Of a DNA stretch of 56,478 nt, positions 8,848 to 20,749 are shown piece after piece. The stretch spans positions 1 to 56,478 of the forward strand of contig CAZEBA010000022.1 of the NCBI GenBank assembly GCA_964510615.1. The letters run 5' to 3'. The stretch is from an uncultured Gemmatimonadota bacterium (GTDB lineage Bacteria > Gemmatimonadota > Gemmatimonadetes > Palauibacterales > Palauibacteraceae). Position numbers and translations under genes: made by a program. The notes under the pieces are model-generated. The model was not told the origin of the DNA and ran no database searches. It worked only from the letters and a program-made list of their open reading frames with translations. The stretch's first letter is position 1. Each line of letters begins with the position of its first letter.

Positions 8848-9933
8848 ATGGAGATTACCAAGGTCGAAGCTCGCATTCTGTTCGAGCGGTTCATCATCGT
8901 ACGCGTCGAGACGGACGAGGGCATCGTCGGGCATGGCGAATCGAGCCCGATGGGCGCCAGCGTGGTGGGCGCCGCCGTGCATCGTCTCGGGGAGGTCATC
9001 AGGGGACGCGACCCTTTCCAGACCGAAGCGATCTGGATGGAGATGTACCAGAACGCCTACAAGCTCGGACCGGGTGGCGCCCAGCTCCACGCGATGGCGG
9101 GCATCGACATCGCGCTGCACGACATCAAGGGAAAGGCGCTCGGCACTCCGGTCTACAATCTGCTCGGCGGAGCTCATCGCCTGCGGATTCCGGTCTACGC
9201 CAGCCTGAAGCGTCGCGACCTTCCGCCCGAGGGGCACGCCGACCTCGTCGAGGAGGTGGTGGAGCGCGGCTTCACCGGGTACAAGCAGCCGACGGCCCGT
9301 CCGTGGATGAACGACGTCGGCGACGATCAGACGATCGAGATCGTCGAGGCGATCCGCAGGCGCCTCGGAGATCGCGTCACGATCCTGGTCGACGTCAACA
9401 ACGCCTACACGGTGCACCACGCGATCCAGGTCGGACGGGAGCTCGAGCGTCTCGGGGTGTTTCTCTTCGAGGAGCCCATCTCCCCGAACGACTACGACGG
9501 GTATCGGCGCCTGCAAGCGGCGCTCGACATCCCGATCGCGGCCGGGGAACAGGAGTACACGCGCTGGCAGCATCGGGACCTCATCCAGATCGCCCAGGTG
9601 GACATCCTGCAGCCAGACGTGATCAAGGCCGGCGGTTTCACCGAGATGATGAAGATCGCTGCCTTGGCCCAAACCCATCACCGCCCGATCGTGACGCATA
9701 ACACGCAGCCGACCCTGGGAACCGCTGCGAGCCTGCACTTCTGGGCCGCCTGTCCGAGCTGCATCTATCCGCAAGGATTGAACATCGATCCGCACCCGCT
9801 CCGGGACGAGGCGCCTCTGCTCGCGAAGCCGCTCGTCGCGACGGACGGCCATCTCGACGTGCCCGACGGGCCAGGCCTCGGCGTCGAGGTGAACGACGAT
9901 TACCTCCTGTCCCAGGGAGTCCTTGCCGGATGA
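8848..9933 (+). CDS. Second enolase-superfamily (MR/MLE-like) enzyme.
   Basis: An AGGAG RBS precedes the start. Metal ligands D (VDVNNAY), E (FEEPI) and E (AGEQE) and the N-terminal capping domain motif IVGHGES are present. Confidence 0.7.
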   Translation: MEITKVEARILFERFIIVRVETDEGIVGHGESSPMGASVVGAAVHRLGEVIRGRDPFQTEAIWMEMYQNAYKLGPGGAQLHAMAGIDIALHDIKGKALGTPVYNLLGGAHRLRIPVYASLKRRDLPPEGHADLVEEVVERGFTGYKQPTARPWMNDVGDDQTIEIVEAIRRRLGDRVTILVDVNNAYTVHHAIQVGRELERLGVFLFEEPISPNDYDGYRRLQAALDIPIAAGEQEYTRWQHRDLIQIAQVDILQPDVIKAGGFTEMMKIAALAQTHHRPIVTHNTQPTLGTAASLHFWAACPSCIYPQGLNIDPHPLRDEAPLLAKPLVATDGHLDVPDGPGLGVEVNDDYLLSQGVLAG

Positions 9934-10745
9934 TCATGCCGTCGACGCCCCTCGTCTCGGTGGTCATTCCGACTCGCGACTATGCGGCGTTTCTCCCCGG
10001 GGCGATCGACAGCGTCGCGCGACAGAGTCACGCGCGGAAGGAGGTCGTCGTGGTCGACGACGGCAGCGCCGACGATTCTGTCGAGGTGGCTCGCGAGCTG
10101 GGGCGGTCGTATCGCGGCGCCTTCGACAGGTTCCACGTGATTGCCCTGCCCAAGAACGGAGGCAAGCTCCATGCGGTGAACCGAGGCATGCGGAGGGTTC
10201 GAGGAGAGATCTCGGTCATCCTCGATGCCGATGATCGTCTCGAACCGGAGTACCTGGCGATCACGGTGGGCGAGCTGGAGGATCGCCGCACGACGGACGT
10301 CGCTTTCGTCTACACCGACTGCTTTCTGGTCGACGCGAAGGGAGAGGTGCTCGGCATCGGCCGCGCGTGCGACTTCGACGGCGAACGGCTCGAGGGCTCC
10401 AGCTACATTCCCGCATGCGCGGCGGCGCGGACCGAAACGGTCAGAGACGTCCTGCCGTTCGACGAGCGCGTTCGCATCGGGACCAACCATCATCGATGGC
10501 GGCGCATCGCCCGGGCCGGATGGCGCGGCGTTCGCCTCGCCGAGCCGCTCTTCCGCTACACCCTGCACGAGCGAAACCTCTCCGGCGTCGGAAGCAAGCT
10601 GCGCGGCACGGTGAGAGGCGGCGAGTCGCGGCTCGCCGACCACTGGCCCGTGGCGACCGACCACTCCGGGGCAACAGCGGCACCCACAGGTACCCCCTCC
10701 TCCCAGCGCGCGGCCTGCATTACGCTGCCAGACCACGGCAGCTGA
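9930..10745 (+). CDS. Family 2 glycosyltransferase.
   Basis: Its ATG overlaps the upstream stop (ATGA). The motifs VSVVIPTRDYAAFLPGAIDSVARQ, VVVVDDGSADDS and DADD (DxD) are present. Confidence 0.75.
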   Translation: MIMPSTPLVSVVIPTRDYAAFLPGAIDSVARQSHARKEVVVVDDGSADDSVEVARELGRSYRGAFDRFHVIALPKNGGKLHAVNRGMRRVRGEISVILDADDRLEPEYLAITVGELEDRRTTDVAFVYTDCFLVDAKGEVLGIGRACDFDGERLEGSSYIPACAAARTETVRDVLPFDERVRIGTNHHRWRRIARAGWRGVRLAEPLFRYTLHERNLSGVGSKLRGTVRGGESRLADHWPVATDHSGATAAPTGTPSSQRAACITLPDHGS

Positions 10746-10751
10746 ACGCGC

Positions 10752-11219
10752 ATGAGCGAACCCTCGCTTGAAGCTCGCATGCTGGGTGTGGCGCTCGAGG
10801 AGGCACGGGCCGGGCTCGAGGAGGGAGGAGTGCCGATCGGTGCCGCCCTCTTCTCGCGCGACGGCACCCTGCTCGGCAGGGGCCGGAATCGCCGCGTCCA
10901 GGACGACGACCCGTCGATGCATGCCGAGACGAGCGCGTTCCGGAACGCCGGCCGACGCCGCGACTACCGGAACACGGTGATGGCGACCACGCTTGCCCCT
11001 TGCTGGTACTGCAGCGGACTCGTGCGCCAGTTCGGGATCGGAAAGGTGCTGGTGGGCGAGTCGCGAAACTTCCGCGGCGGCATCGATTGGCTGCGTGAGG
11101 CTGGCGTCGAGGTCGTGGATCTGGACTCGGAGGAGTGCGTGCGGCTCCTGGCGGAGTTCATCGAGGGCCACCCGGCGTTGTGGGGTGAGGATATCGGAGA
11201 GACCGACACGCATGACTGA
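10752..11219 (+). CDS. Zinc-dependent deaminase of the cytidine/deoxycytidylate (CMP/dCMP) family.
   Basis: The HAE motif (SMHAETSAF) and PCxxC motif (APCWYCSG) are present. The protein is 155 aa. Confidence 0.65.
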   Translation: MSEPSLEARMLGVALEEARAGLEEGGVPIGAALFSRDGTLLGRGRNRRVQDDDPSMHAETSAFRNAGRRRDYRNTVMATTLAPCWYCSGLVRQFGIGKVLVGESRNFRGGIDWLREAGVEVVDLDSEECVRLLAEFIEGHPALWGEDIGETDTHD

Positions 11220-11250
11220 GCGGGTTCGGGACCTAATCAGGATTGACGGT

Positions 11251-13341
<2,091 letters not shown>

Positions 13342-13461
13342 GGCTGGCTGCAGCGCCAGCAGAGTACGTCGATGAGGGAAAGCTCCTCCCTCCTCACAGC
13401 TTGCCAACGCGGATTTCCCGCGCGTAGGATTAGGTTAGGCTCTTAAGTTTGACTTCCCTCG

Positions 13462-14760
13462 ATGGAACGGTACATGGGCCCCCCCATGGCTTCGAGCCTC
13501 GCCGCCTCGCAGGTGTCTCCGTTGGACCCGCTCAGTACGCTGTGGGTGCTCGTCGCGGCCGTTCTGGTGTTCTTCATGCAGGCCGGCTTCAGCGTGCTCG
13601 AGACCGGCCTCATCAGGACGAAGAACGCTGGAAACGTCCTGATGAAGAACCTGCTCGACTTCGCCTTTGCCACCCTCGCGTACTTCCTGTTTGGATACGC
13701 GATCATGTACGGTGGCGGCGGTCGGTTCCTGGGGACCCGCGGCTGGCTCCTCTTCGGGGTGGATCCCGTGCGGGATGGCCTACCGGTCGAGGTCTTTTGG
13801 CTCTTCCAGGCGGTCTTCGCGGGCACCGCGGCCACGATCGTGTCGGGCGTGGTGGCGGAGCGCATGAGGTTCTCGGCCTATCTGGCCTACTCGTTTCTGA
13901 TCTCGGCCTTCATCTACCCGGTCGTCGGCCACTGGGTATGGGGCGGCGGCTGGCTCGCCGACCTCGGTTTCTACGACTTCGCGGGTTCGACGGTCGTCCA
14001 TTCGGTGGGGGGAGTCGCGGGCCTGGTGGGAGCTGCGCTTCTCGGTCCCCGGATCGGCAAGTTCAACGCCGACGGCTCTGCGAACGTGATTGGAGCGCAC
14101 AGCCTGCCCCTGGCCTCGCTAGGCGTCTTCATCCTCTGGTTCGGGTGGTTCGGCTTCAACGCGGGGTCGGCGCTGGGCATGGGTGATCCGGCGTTGGTCG
14201 GGCGGGTGGCCATCAACACGACCCTCGCTCCGGCCATTAGTACCGTGACGGTGATGGTCACTAGCTGGATCAAGTACGGAAAGCCGGACCTCCTGCTGGC
14301 TCTGAACGGTTCCCTCGCTGGCCTCGTAGCGATCACGGCGCCCTGCGCGGCGGTGAGCCCCGGAGCGGCCCTGTGGATCGGGGCGAGCGCGGGAGTCCTC
14401 GTCGTCTACGGCATCGAGTGGATCGACAAGCTTGGGGTCGACGATGCGGTTGGCGCCGTCGCGGTGCACGGGATCTGCGGCGTGTGGGGGACCCTGGCAG
14501 TAGGGCTCTGGGGCAGCGTCGCGCTGGGGGCGCCGTCGGACGGGCTGTTCCTGGGCGGCGGCTTCGGCGCCGTCGGCACTCAGCTTCTCGGCGTGTTCGC
14601 CTGCGTCTCGTTCACGGCCGCCGCAATGTGGGTCGTCTTCAAGGCGATCGACTCGGTGGTCGGCCTGCGGGTCTCTCACGAGACTGAACTCCGTGGGCTG
14701 GACATCGACGAGCACGGCGTCGAGTCGTATTCGGGCTTTCAAATCTTCACGACAGAGTAG
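13462..14760 (+). CDS. amtB: Ammonium transporter of the Amt family.
   Basis: The N-terminus LWVLVAAVLVFFMQAGFSVLETGLIRTKNAGNVLMKNLLDF is typical of Amt proteins. About 11 transmembrane segments are predicted over 432 aa. Confidence 0.85.
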   Translation: MERYMGPPMASSLAASQVSPLDPLSTLWVLVAAVLVFFMQAGFSVLETGLIRTKNAGNVLMKNLLDFAFATLAYFLFGYAIMYGGGGRFLGTRGWLLFGVDPVRDGLPVEVFWLFQAVFAGTAATIVSGVVAERMRFSAYLAYSFLISAFIYPVVGHWVWGGGWLADLGFYDFAGSTVVHSVGGVAGLVGAALLGPRIGKFNADGSANVIGAHSLPLASLGVFILWFGWFGFNAGSALGMGDPALVGRVAINTTLAPAISTVTVMVTSWIKYGKPDLLLALNGSLAGLVAITAPCAAVSPGAALWIGASAGVLVVYGIEWIDKLGVDDAVGAVAVHGICGVWGTLAVGLWGSVALGAPSDGLFLGGGFGAVGTQLLGVFACVSFTAAAMWVVFKAIDSVVGLRVSHETELRGLDIDEHGVESYSGFQIFTTE

Positions 14761-14777
14761 AGCGAGGGTTCGACCCC

Positions 14778-15110
14778 ATGAAGATGATTCTCGCCGTGAT
14801 CCGGCCCGAGCAGCTCCCGGCAGTGAAACAGGCTCTCTTCGATGCCGAGATCCGGCACATGACGGCGAGTGCCGCCATGGGGTCCGCACCCCGCTCCGAG
14901 CAGCAGCAATACCGGGGCGTAAAGAAGGAGGTCTCGCTCTTCAACCGCGTGCGGCTCGAGGTCGCAGTCACCGAGGCAAACCTGGAACGTGCGGTCGAGG
15001 CGATCCAGGCTGGGGCCCGCCTGACCGGAGGGTCCGGAAAGATATTCGTCGTAGGTATTGACGACACGATCGAGATCTCGGGCGAGCGCGGCACCCGCGT
15101 TCTCTACTGA
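14778..15110 (+). CDS. glnK: Nitrogen regulatory protein P-II.
   Basis: The N-terminus MKMILAVIRPEQLPAVKQAL is P-II-like. A T-loop-like YRG sequence and the C-terminal GSGKIFVVGIDDTIEI are present. Its position between amt and GS supports the call. Confidence 0.75.
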   Translation: MKMILAVIRPEQLPAVKQALFDAEIRHMTASAAMGSAPRSEQQQYRGVKKEVSLFNRVRLEVAVTEANLERAVEAIQAGARLTGGSGKIFVVGIDDTIEISGERGTRVLY

Positions 15111-15117
15111 GGTGAGC

Positions 15118-16551
15118 ATGCCCGATACCCGGACGAGCGCACGCGACGTCGTGCGCCTGATCGGCGAGAAGGAGATCGAGTTTCTCGATCTCAAGTTCGT
15201 GGACCTCCTGGGGACGTTGCAGCACCTCACGCTGCCGGCGGAGCTGGTGGACGAGGAGGTTTTCCGAAACGGCATGGCGTTCGACGGCTCGAGCGTGCGC
15301 GGCTTCACCCGGATCAATCAAAGCGACATGCTTCTGATTGCGGATGCATCCTCGGTGTTCGAGGACCCCTTCTTCGACGACCCCGCCCTGTCGGTCTTCT
15401 GCGATATCGTCGATCCGGAGGGGCGTTACACCTTCTCCCGCGACCCGCGCTCAGTCGCGCGTCGGGCGGAGCGGCTCCTGACCAGCTCCGGGATCGCTGA
15501 CGTCGCGTACTTCGGGCCCGAGATCGAGTTTTTCGTATTCGACGACGTTCGCTACGACCAGGCGACCCAGCACGGCTACTTCTTCCTGAACTCCTCGGCC
15601 GCGTTCTGGTCCACGGGCAAGGAGGACGGGGCGAACGTCGGTCACCGCGCGAGTCAGCGGGGCGCGTACTTCTCGGCTCCTCCCGTCGACCATTACAACA
15701 ACCTCCGATCCAAGGTCTCTCACGTGCTCAAGCGCGTGGGCCTCCGACCCGAGCTTCACCACCACGAAGTGGGGGCTGCCGGGCAGAGCGAGATCGGCTT
15801 CAAGTTCGGGCCCCTGCTGGAGCAAGCCGATGCGGCGGTCAAGTACAAGTACGTCGTCAAGAACGTGGTCGCGCGCCTCGGAAAGACTGCCACGTTCATG
15901 CCGAAGCCCCTGCTGCAGGAGAACGGCTCGGGCATGCACCACAACATCAGCCTCGCCCGCGGGGGCCGAAACCTGTTCTACAAATCGGGAGGGTACAACG
16001 ACCTGAGCGAGACAGCGCTCTACTTTATCGGTGGGCTGCTGCGTCACGCCCGCGCGCTATGCGGCCTCTGCTGCCCCACAACGAACTCGTACCGTCGCCT
16101 GGTGCCAGGCTATGAAGCCCCGATGAATCTCCTCTATTCCGGAAGGAACCGGAGCGCCTGCATCCGCATCCCGACAACAACAGGTGGGCCCAAGTCGAAG
16201 CGTATAGAGTTCCGAACTCCGGATCCGTCGTGCAATCCCTACCTCAGCTTCGCGGCAATCATTTGCGCTGGCGTCGACGGAATCCGCCGGCGTATCGACC
16301 CGCCCCCACCCGTCGATGAAGACATATACGAGCTTGCGAGCTCGGGAAGCGAGGTAGAGTTCGACCGCACTCCGAGCAGCCTCGAAGAGGCAATCGATGC
16401 CCTCGAAGCGGACCATGATTTCCTCGTGCAGGACGGTGTGTTCACGCCCGACCTAATTGACACCTGGGTGCAGTACAAGCGAAAGAACGAGATCGAGTTC
16501 GTGAGGCTACGGCCCCATCCCGGTGAGTTCTCGCTGTACTTCAACGTCTAA
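15118..16551 (+). CDS. glnA: Glutamine synthetase, type I-like.
   Basis: The ATG at 15118 follows GAGGTGAG. The N-terminal beta-grasp region (EIEFLDLKFVDLLGTLQHLTLP) and catalytic-domain motifs (FMPKPL, GSGMHHN) are present. Confidence 0.85.
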   Translation: MPDTRTSARDVVRLIGEKEIEFLDLKFVDLLGTLQHLTLPAELVDEEVFRNGMAFDGSSVRGFTRINQSDMLLIADASSVFEDPFFDDPALSVFCDIVDPEGRYTFSRDPRSVARRAERLLTSSGIADVAYFGPEIEFFVFDDVRYDQATQHGYFFLNSSAAFWSTGKEDGANVGHRASQRGAYFSAPPVDHYNNLRSKVSHVLKRVGLRPELHHHEVGAAGQSEIGFKFGPLLEQADAAVKYKYVVKNVVARLGKTATFMPKPLLQENGSGMHHNISLARGGRNLFYKSGGYNDLSETALYFIGGLLRHARALCGLCCPTTNSYRRLVPGYEAPMNLLYSGRNRSACIRIPTTTGGPKSKRIEFRTPDPSCNPYLSFAAIICAGVDGIRRRIDPPPPVDEDIYELASSGSEVEFDRTPSSLEEAIDALEADHDFLVQDGVFTPDLIDTWVQYKRKNEIEFVRLRPHPGEFSLYFNV

Positions 16552-16572
16552 CCAGTTCTGGAAGGTCGCATC

Positions 16573-17871
16573 ATGTACGACGCCGAGATCGTGGGGATCG
16601 CACTCGGAGTGGGAGCCGTCGCGATTCTCCTGCTCATCATTTTCCTCAAGTCGAACATCGTGATCTGCCAACCCAACGAGGTGGTGATCATCTCGGGGCG
16701 CAGGCGAAAGTTGTCGGACGGCACGACGGTCGGATATCGCGTCATCCGCGGAGGTCGGGGGTTCCAGATCCCGTTCATCGAGTCCTCGAGGCGCCTTCCG
16801 CTCACTACCCGGACGATCGAGGTCCGACCCCAGCGGGCGCTCTGCAAGGGGATGATCCCTGTGGATATAGAGGGCAAGGCCAACGTCAAGCTTGCCGGTC
16901 GTGAAGAGGATGGCCTCGAGGCCGGCATCGAACGGTTTCTCGGCAAGGAAGTGGACGCCATCGACCGCACGGCGAAGCAGGTGCTGGAGGGGGCGCTGCG
17001 CGGCGTGATCGCCGGTGTCAGTCCGGAAGAAGCCAACGAGCGGCGGCTTGAGCTGGCGACCGAGGTCGCCGGTCGGGCTCGGAGTGAGTTGAGCGGCCTC
17101 GGCATCGTCCTCGACTTCTTCCAGATCCAGGACCTCTCGGACGAGGCGGGCTACCTCGAGGCCATCGGTCGAAAGCGCAACGCCGAAGTTCAGCGGGACG
17201 CGGCGATCGCCGAGGCTCGGGCGGAAACCGACGCCCGCCAAGTCGCGGCCGAGCAGCGCCGGCTCGGACGTGAGGCCGAGATCGCGGCCGAGAACGAGAT
17301 CATCGCGCGCGAGAACGCGCTGGAGGTGGAGCGCGCGAACCTCAAAGGGTCCGAGAATGCGGCGAGAGAGAAGGCCGAGGTGGCGGGCGCGATTGCTCGT
17401 GTCGAGAGCGAGATCAGCCTTCAGGATCAGCGCACGCGGTTGGCCGAGCGCCAGCAGGAAGCCGATACCGTCATTCCGGCACGCGCAGAGGCCACGGCGG
17501 CTCGCCTCACGGCCGAGGGCCATGCCGCGCACATCGTCGAAGAAGGCAAGGCGATCGCCCAGGCAGTCGAGCAGATGCGGGTCCAGTGGGATGGTGGGAA
17601 CGCACACGAGCTCTTCATGATCCGCATGTTCCCCGAACTCGTGGACAAGGTGACCAGCGTAGTCGCCGACAACCTCAGGATCGACAAGCTCACCATCCTG
17701 GACGGGGGCGGAGACCAGGGTGGTGAAGGGTTGCCGAGCTACGTCCGGAACCTCACCCGCAGCATCCTCGTCATGTTGGAGCAGATGAGGAGCGCGACCG
17801 GACTGGACCTGGCGCGCATGGCCGAACGTGGCAGTGACAGGTCCCTAGGGTCCGTGCCACCCGAGATCTGA
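16573..17871 (+). CDS. Membrane protein of the SPFH / band 7 / flotillin family.
   Basis: An N-terminal transmembrane segment is followed by an SPFH core and a long Ala/Glu/Arg-rich coiled coil (…AEQRRLGREAEIAAENEIIARENALEVERANL…). Confidence 0.7.
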   Translation: MYDAEIVGIALGVGAVAILLLIIFLKSNIVICQPNEVVIISGRRRKLSDGTTVGYRVIRGGRGFQIPFIESSRRLPLTTRTIEVRPQRALCKGMIPVDIEGKANVKLAGREEDGLEAGIERFLGKEVDAIDRTAKQVLEGALRGVIAGVSPEEANERRLELATEVAGRARSELSGLGIVLDFFQIQDLSDEAGYLEAIGRKRNAEVQRDAAIAEARAETDARQVAAEQRRLGREAEIAAENEIIARENALEVERANLKGSENAAREKAEVAGAIARVESEISLQDQRTRLAERQQEADTVIPARAEATAARLTAEGHAAHIVEEGKAIAQAVEQMRVQWDGGNAHELFMIRMFPELVDKVTSVVADNLRIDKLTILDGGGDQGGEGLPSYVRNLTRSILVMLEQMRSATGLDLARMAERGSDRSLGSVPPEI

Positions 17872-17912
17872 TCAGGGCGGCGGGCGTTTGCGATCGCGCC
17901 GAACGCATGATG

Positions 17913-17934
17913 CGCGCAGAATGATGCGCGCAGA
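17913..17934. terminator. Candidate bidirectional terminator hairpin between two convergent genes.
   Basis: The 14-bp unit atgatgcgcgcaga occurs in tandem at 17907-17920 and 17921-17934. Each copy contains the self-complementary octamer TGCGCGCA, so the two copies can pair as an 8-bp stem with a 6-nt loop. No U-tract is present. Confidence 0.3.
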
Positions 17935-18004
17935 CGGGAGGGACAGAATAGCCGTGGTCCAAAGCTGGCCTATCTGCAAATGAACATCCACACCTGACGA
18001 GGCT

Positions 18005-20584
18005 TCAGCGCCCTCGAAGCATCTCTTGGAAAGCTGGTTCACCGCGGATCGGATCGAAGAAAGGGTCTGTGTGCAGCCCAATATCGTACTGGACGCCTTC
18101 CTGGTACGCGCCCTGGAGTAACGATATGGCACGATCTGGTTCTCCAAGCTGAGCGGCGACCCCTGCCTGAAGAAGCAGGCTCAGACCTCGGAACGCAGGG
18201 TCTGCTTGGCGATCGATCTCGGCCATGTACTTCCGGGCTCCATCCTTATCACCGCGGCGGGCGGCGACGATTCCGAGCACGGAGAGTGCACCCACGGGCG
18301 GCCGAGCCACAGGCGGGGTACTTAGCTCCTCTTCGGCTCGGGTCTGCAGCTCATCGAGCCTTCCGGCAAGGAGAAGAAGGCTGGTGCCCAGAATCCGGCT
18401 TCGTTCGTCCCCGGGCAACGAGTCGTACCACGCGAGCCAGTCGCCGAGCAACTCCTCCGCTGCAGACGATTGCCCGTGAGCTCTGAGCTCCCCCACGGTC
18501 CAGCTGACCAGCGTGGTGTGCCAGTTCGGATTGGCGTCACGCAGCTGCGAAGCAAGATGGAGCGTCTCGTCGGGCCGGCCGAGTGCTGCCAGAGCCCTAG
18601 CCTTAACCCGCATCGCGACGGCGGATTCCGGATAGAGATTCAGATAGCGTTCTGCGTCCATCAACTCTGCTTCGTGGTCACCCGCCAAATGCCGAGCTCG
18701 CGTGAGGGTGATCCAATACCCTTCCCAGCGAGATAGCCATCCGGAGCCCGGATCAAGAGTCGATAAGACTCGGGCCGCGTCGCGATACCTTCTGAGCCCA
18801 TAAGCGGCCTGTGCCATCTTGTAGCGCCACTCCGACGTGGGGACGATCGCGGCCGCGCGGGTATACGCGTCGAACTGGCCCGGCCAGTCTCCTCTCGTCG
18901 CGGCAAGCTGACCATCGACCACCGCCCTCTCGAACGGTGTCAGTTGCGCTCGGCGCGCCGCCACGACCTTGACCACCGAGTCTCGCTGCAGCCATTCACC
19001 GGCGTTGCCGTGTGCATAGAAGGCCCAGATCAACGGTGCGATGAACGACGAGTCCAGCCCCGCGGCACGATGGAAGTAGTCGGCGGCCTCACTCATGCTC
19101 TGAGCGGGATTGCCGCTACGCATCCATCCCAGAAACAGGTCCATGCCGGAGGAGAAAAGGCGGTACGCTTCCAGGCTGGGGGGCGGGTGGACCGCCCGCT
19201 CCCACGAGGCCAGCCTGGGATCCACGGCCGTCGCCAGAGCCGCTGCTGTGCGGCGACGTACGTCTTCTAGCGTGACCGCCGGCTCCGAGACAGGTCCGGT
19301 GATGCCATCGATTGCTCGGACCAGCTCGCCCGAATCCGTGTCCAGGACTCGAACGTCGAAGCGGAGGCTGTCGCGTGCCTGTCGGTACGCTCCAGCTACG
19401 AGATAGCGGGCTTGGGCGACCGAAGCGAGCTCAAGCCAGAACTTGAGTTCTTTCGAGGCGCTGTCAGTGATAGCGGGAACCGGAGCATCGCGAAGCGCGC
19501 TTGCCCAAGGAATTACCGAAACGACACCTGTGGTCGCCAGGTCCTGGCCAACCCAGTCCGCTGCCAGCCGGCCGAGCGCATCCAGCGATGGATTGTCCGT
19601 CTCGTTTCGGAGGGGCGAAACGAGGACGCCATTGCCAGGAGGGACGGCGCTCTCGTCGTCCGTCGCGCTGGCACTGTCGCCTCTCCAAAGAAGGCCCGAG
19701 ACCAGCCCGAAGACTCCGGTGAGGGCTGCAATGCCGGCGACCAGAATCCGACCCCTTTGCCGCCTGCTCCGTGTGGCGGGCAAAGTAGATAACGGAGGGT
19801 CGGCATCTCGCTCGACGGGTGCTTTGGGCTGGGCGATCGACGGCTTCGTTACAGGGTGTGCAGGCTGGGCGCGGATTCGCTCGACGAGGGCAACCGTTTC
19901 CTCCGTTGGGTCGAGTTCCAGGTCTGTGAACAGCCGCGCCGCGAAGCGCTCGTAGGCGCGAAGTGCACCCGTACGGTCACCGAGACGGTCGAGCAGCTGC
20001 AGCCGATCGCGCAGGAGCTTTTCGTCGTACGGAGCCCAGTCGGCTGCCTTGCGCTGCAAGCGCAGCGCGCCAACAAGATTACCTCGCTTCAGATCTGCAT
20101 CTGCGAGCAAGCTCGTCGCATCCCGTACCTGCTGTCGGAGCCTTCGCCGCTCCGCCTCCAACCACCGCTCGAAATCCCTGCAGCCATCCACGTGGAATCC
20201 GTCGAGCAAATCGCCCCGATAGAACTCGACCGCGTCTGCCTGCCGGCCTTGCTCCAACATTTCTTCGAAGTGGAGAGCGTCGCAGGACAACCGCGTAGGA
20301 TCGATGTGAACGCTTCCGTCCTCACGCCGCTCCACGACCCCAGCCCCGAGGCCGCGTCGCAGAACGAAGACAGCTTGATCGAGTGCCTTGCGTGCATGCA
20401 GCGCGTCCGCCGCGGGCCAGAACAGCGCGAACAGCTTCTCTCGGGCGTGACTCCCCCGCGGTCGAGCAAGAACGAGGTAGGCGAGTAGTGCGACTCGCTT
20501 CGGTTGAGCGAGCACGGAGTGGAATTCCCGACCAACCTCCGGATCGTGAAGCTCCAGAGATCCGAGACAGCGGAACTCGATCAC
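18005..20584 (-). CDS. Membrane-anchored transcriptional regulator with an N-terminal winged-helix plus BTAD (SARP-like) domain, one transmembrane segment and a large TPR domain.
   Basis: A GTG start follows AGGAGG. The N-terminus LGSLELHDPEVGREF…RVALLAYLVLARPRGSHAREKLFALFWP matches the SARP/DnrI-AfsR N-domain. A transmembrane helix (ILVAGIAALTGVFGLVSGLLW) is followed by repeated TPR-like helices. Confidence 0.7.
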   Translation of the reverse strand: MIEFRCLGSLELHDPEVGREFHSVLAQPKRVALLAYLVLARPRGSHAREKLFALFWPAADALHARKALDQAVFVLRRGLGAGVVERREDGSVHIDPTRLSCDALHFEEMLEQGRQADAVEFYRGDLLDGFHVDGCRDFERWLEAERRRLRQQVRDATSLLADADLKRGNLVGALRLQRKAADWAPYDEKLLRDRLQLLDRLGDRTGALRAYERFAARLFTDLELDPTEETVALVERIRAQPAHPVTKPSIAQPKAPVERDADPPLSTLPATRSRRQRGRILVAGIAALTGVFGLVSGLLWRGDSASATDDESAVPPGNGVLVSPLRNETDNPSLDALGRLAADWVGQDLATTGVVSVIPWASALRDAPVPAITDSASKELKFWLELASVAQARYLVAGAYRQARDSLRFDVRVLDTDSGELVRAIDGITGPVSEPAVTLEDVRRRTAAALATAVDPRLASWERAVHPPPSLEAYRLFSSGMDLFLGWMRSGNPAQSMSEAADYFHRAAGLDSSFIAPLIWAFYAHGNAGEWLQRDSVVKVVAARRAQLTPFERAVVDGQLAATRGDWPGQFDAYTRAAAIVPTSEWRYKMAQAAYGLRRYRDAARVLSTLDPGSGWLSRWEGYWITLTRARHLAGDHEAELMDAERYLNLYPESAVAMRVKARALAALGRPDETLHLASQLRDANPNWHTTLVSWTVGELRAHGQSSAAEELLGDWLAWYDSLPGDERSRILGTSLLLLAGRLDELQTRAEEELSTPPVARPPVGALSVLGIVAARRGDKDGARKYMAEIDRQADPAFRGLSLLLQAGVAAQLGEPDRAISLLQGAYQEGVQYDIGLHTDPFFDPIRGEPAFQEMLRGR

Positions 20585-20616
20585 AACTCCTCCTGGCCGC
20601 TTCTACGGGCGGATCA

Positions 20617-20651
20617 TCGCGGTTACGGGACATATAACCGGCACATAACCG
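20617..20651. promoter_or_regulatory. Candidate operator or heptad-repeat site in the leader between the regulator gene and the lipoprotein gene.
   Basis: The 15-mer CGCGGTTACGGGACA at 20617-20631 is repeated exactly at 21514-21528. It contains the inverted repeat CGGTTA (20619-20624) / TAACCG (20634-20639), and a second direct ATAACCG follows at 20644-20650. Confidence 0.35.
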
Positions 20652-20749
20652 CGAAGGAGTAGCGTGGGTGCTTGTCAGAATGGTAAGGCTGCCTCTTCGG
20701 TCAAACAAACGAGGCGGCCGGGACGCTTCACGACAAGCTAGAGGCCGCC

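Noticed and set aside
7086-8999. Very long minus-strand ORFs from the six-frame track that run antisense to well-supported genes: 7086..8999 (637 aa), 44609..46720 (703 aa), 21763..23625 (620 aa), 23390..24517 and 8719..9852.
   Set aside because: Their translations are Arg/Pro/Gly-rich low-complexity sequence, which is typical of antisense frames in high-GC DNA. They overlap the enolase, HNH, MFS and AKR genes, all of which have clear motifs. They were treated as artefacts.
13342-13461. A possible sigma-54 (-24 GG / -12 GC) promoter or NtcA box for amtB.
   Set aside because: No TGGCAC-N5-TTGC or GTA-N8-TAC element with correct spacing was found. Only a hairpin and a short CGCGG/CCGCG palindrome are present.
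14760-14790. tRNA-T-arm-like GGGTTCGACCCC between amtB and glnK.
   Set aside because: There are no flanking acceptor or anticodon stems, and no 7-nt T-loop with a proper 5-bp stem. It is just the amtB-glnK spacer containing the RBS.
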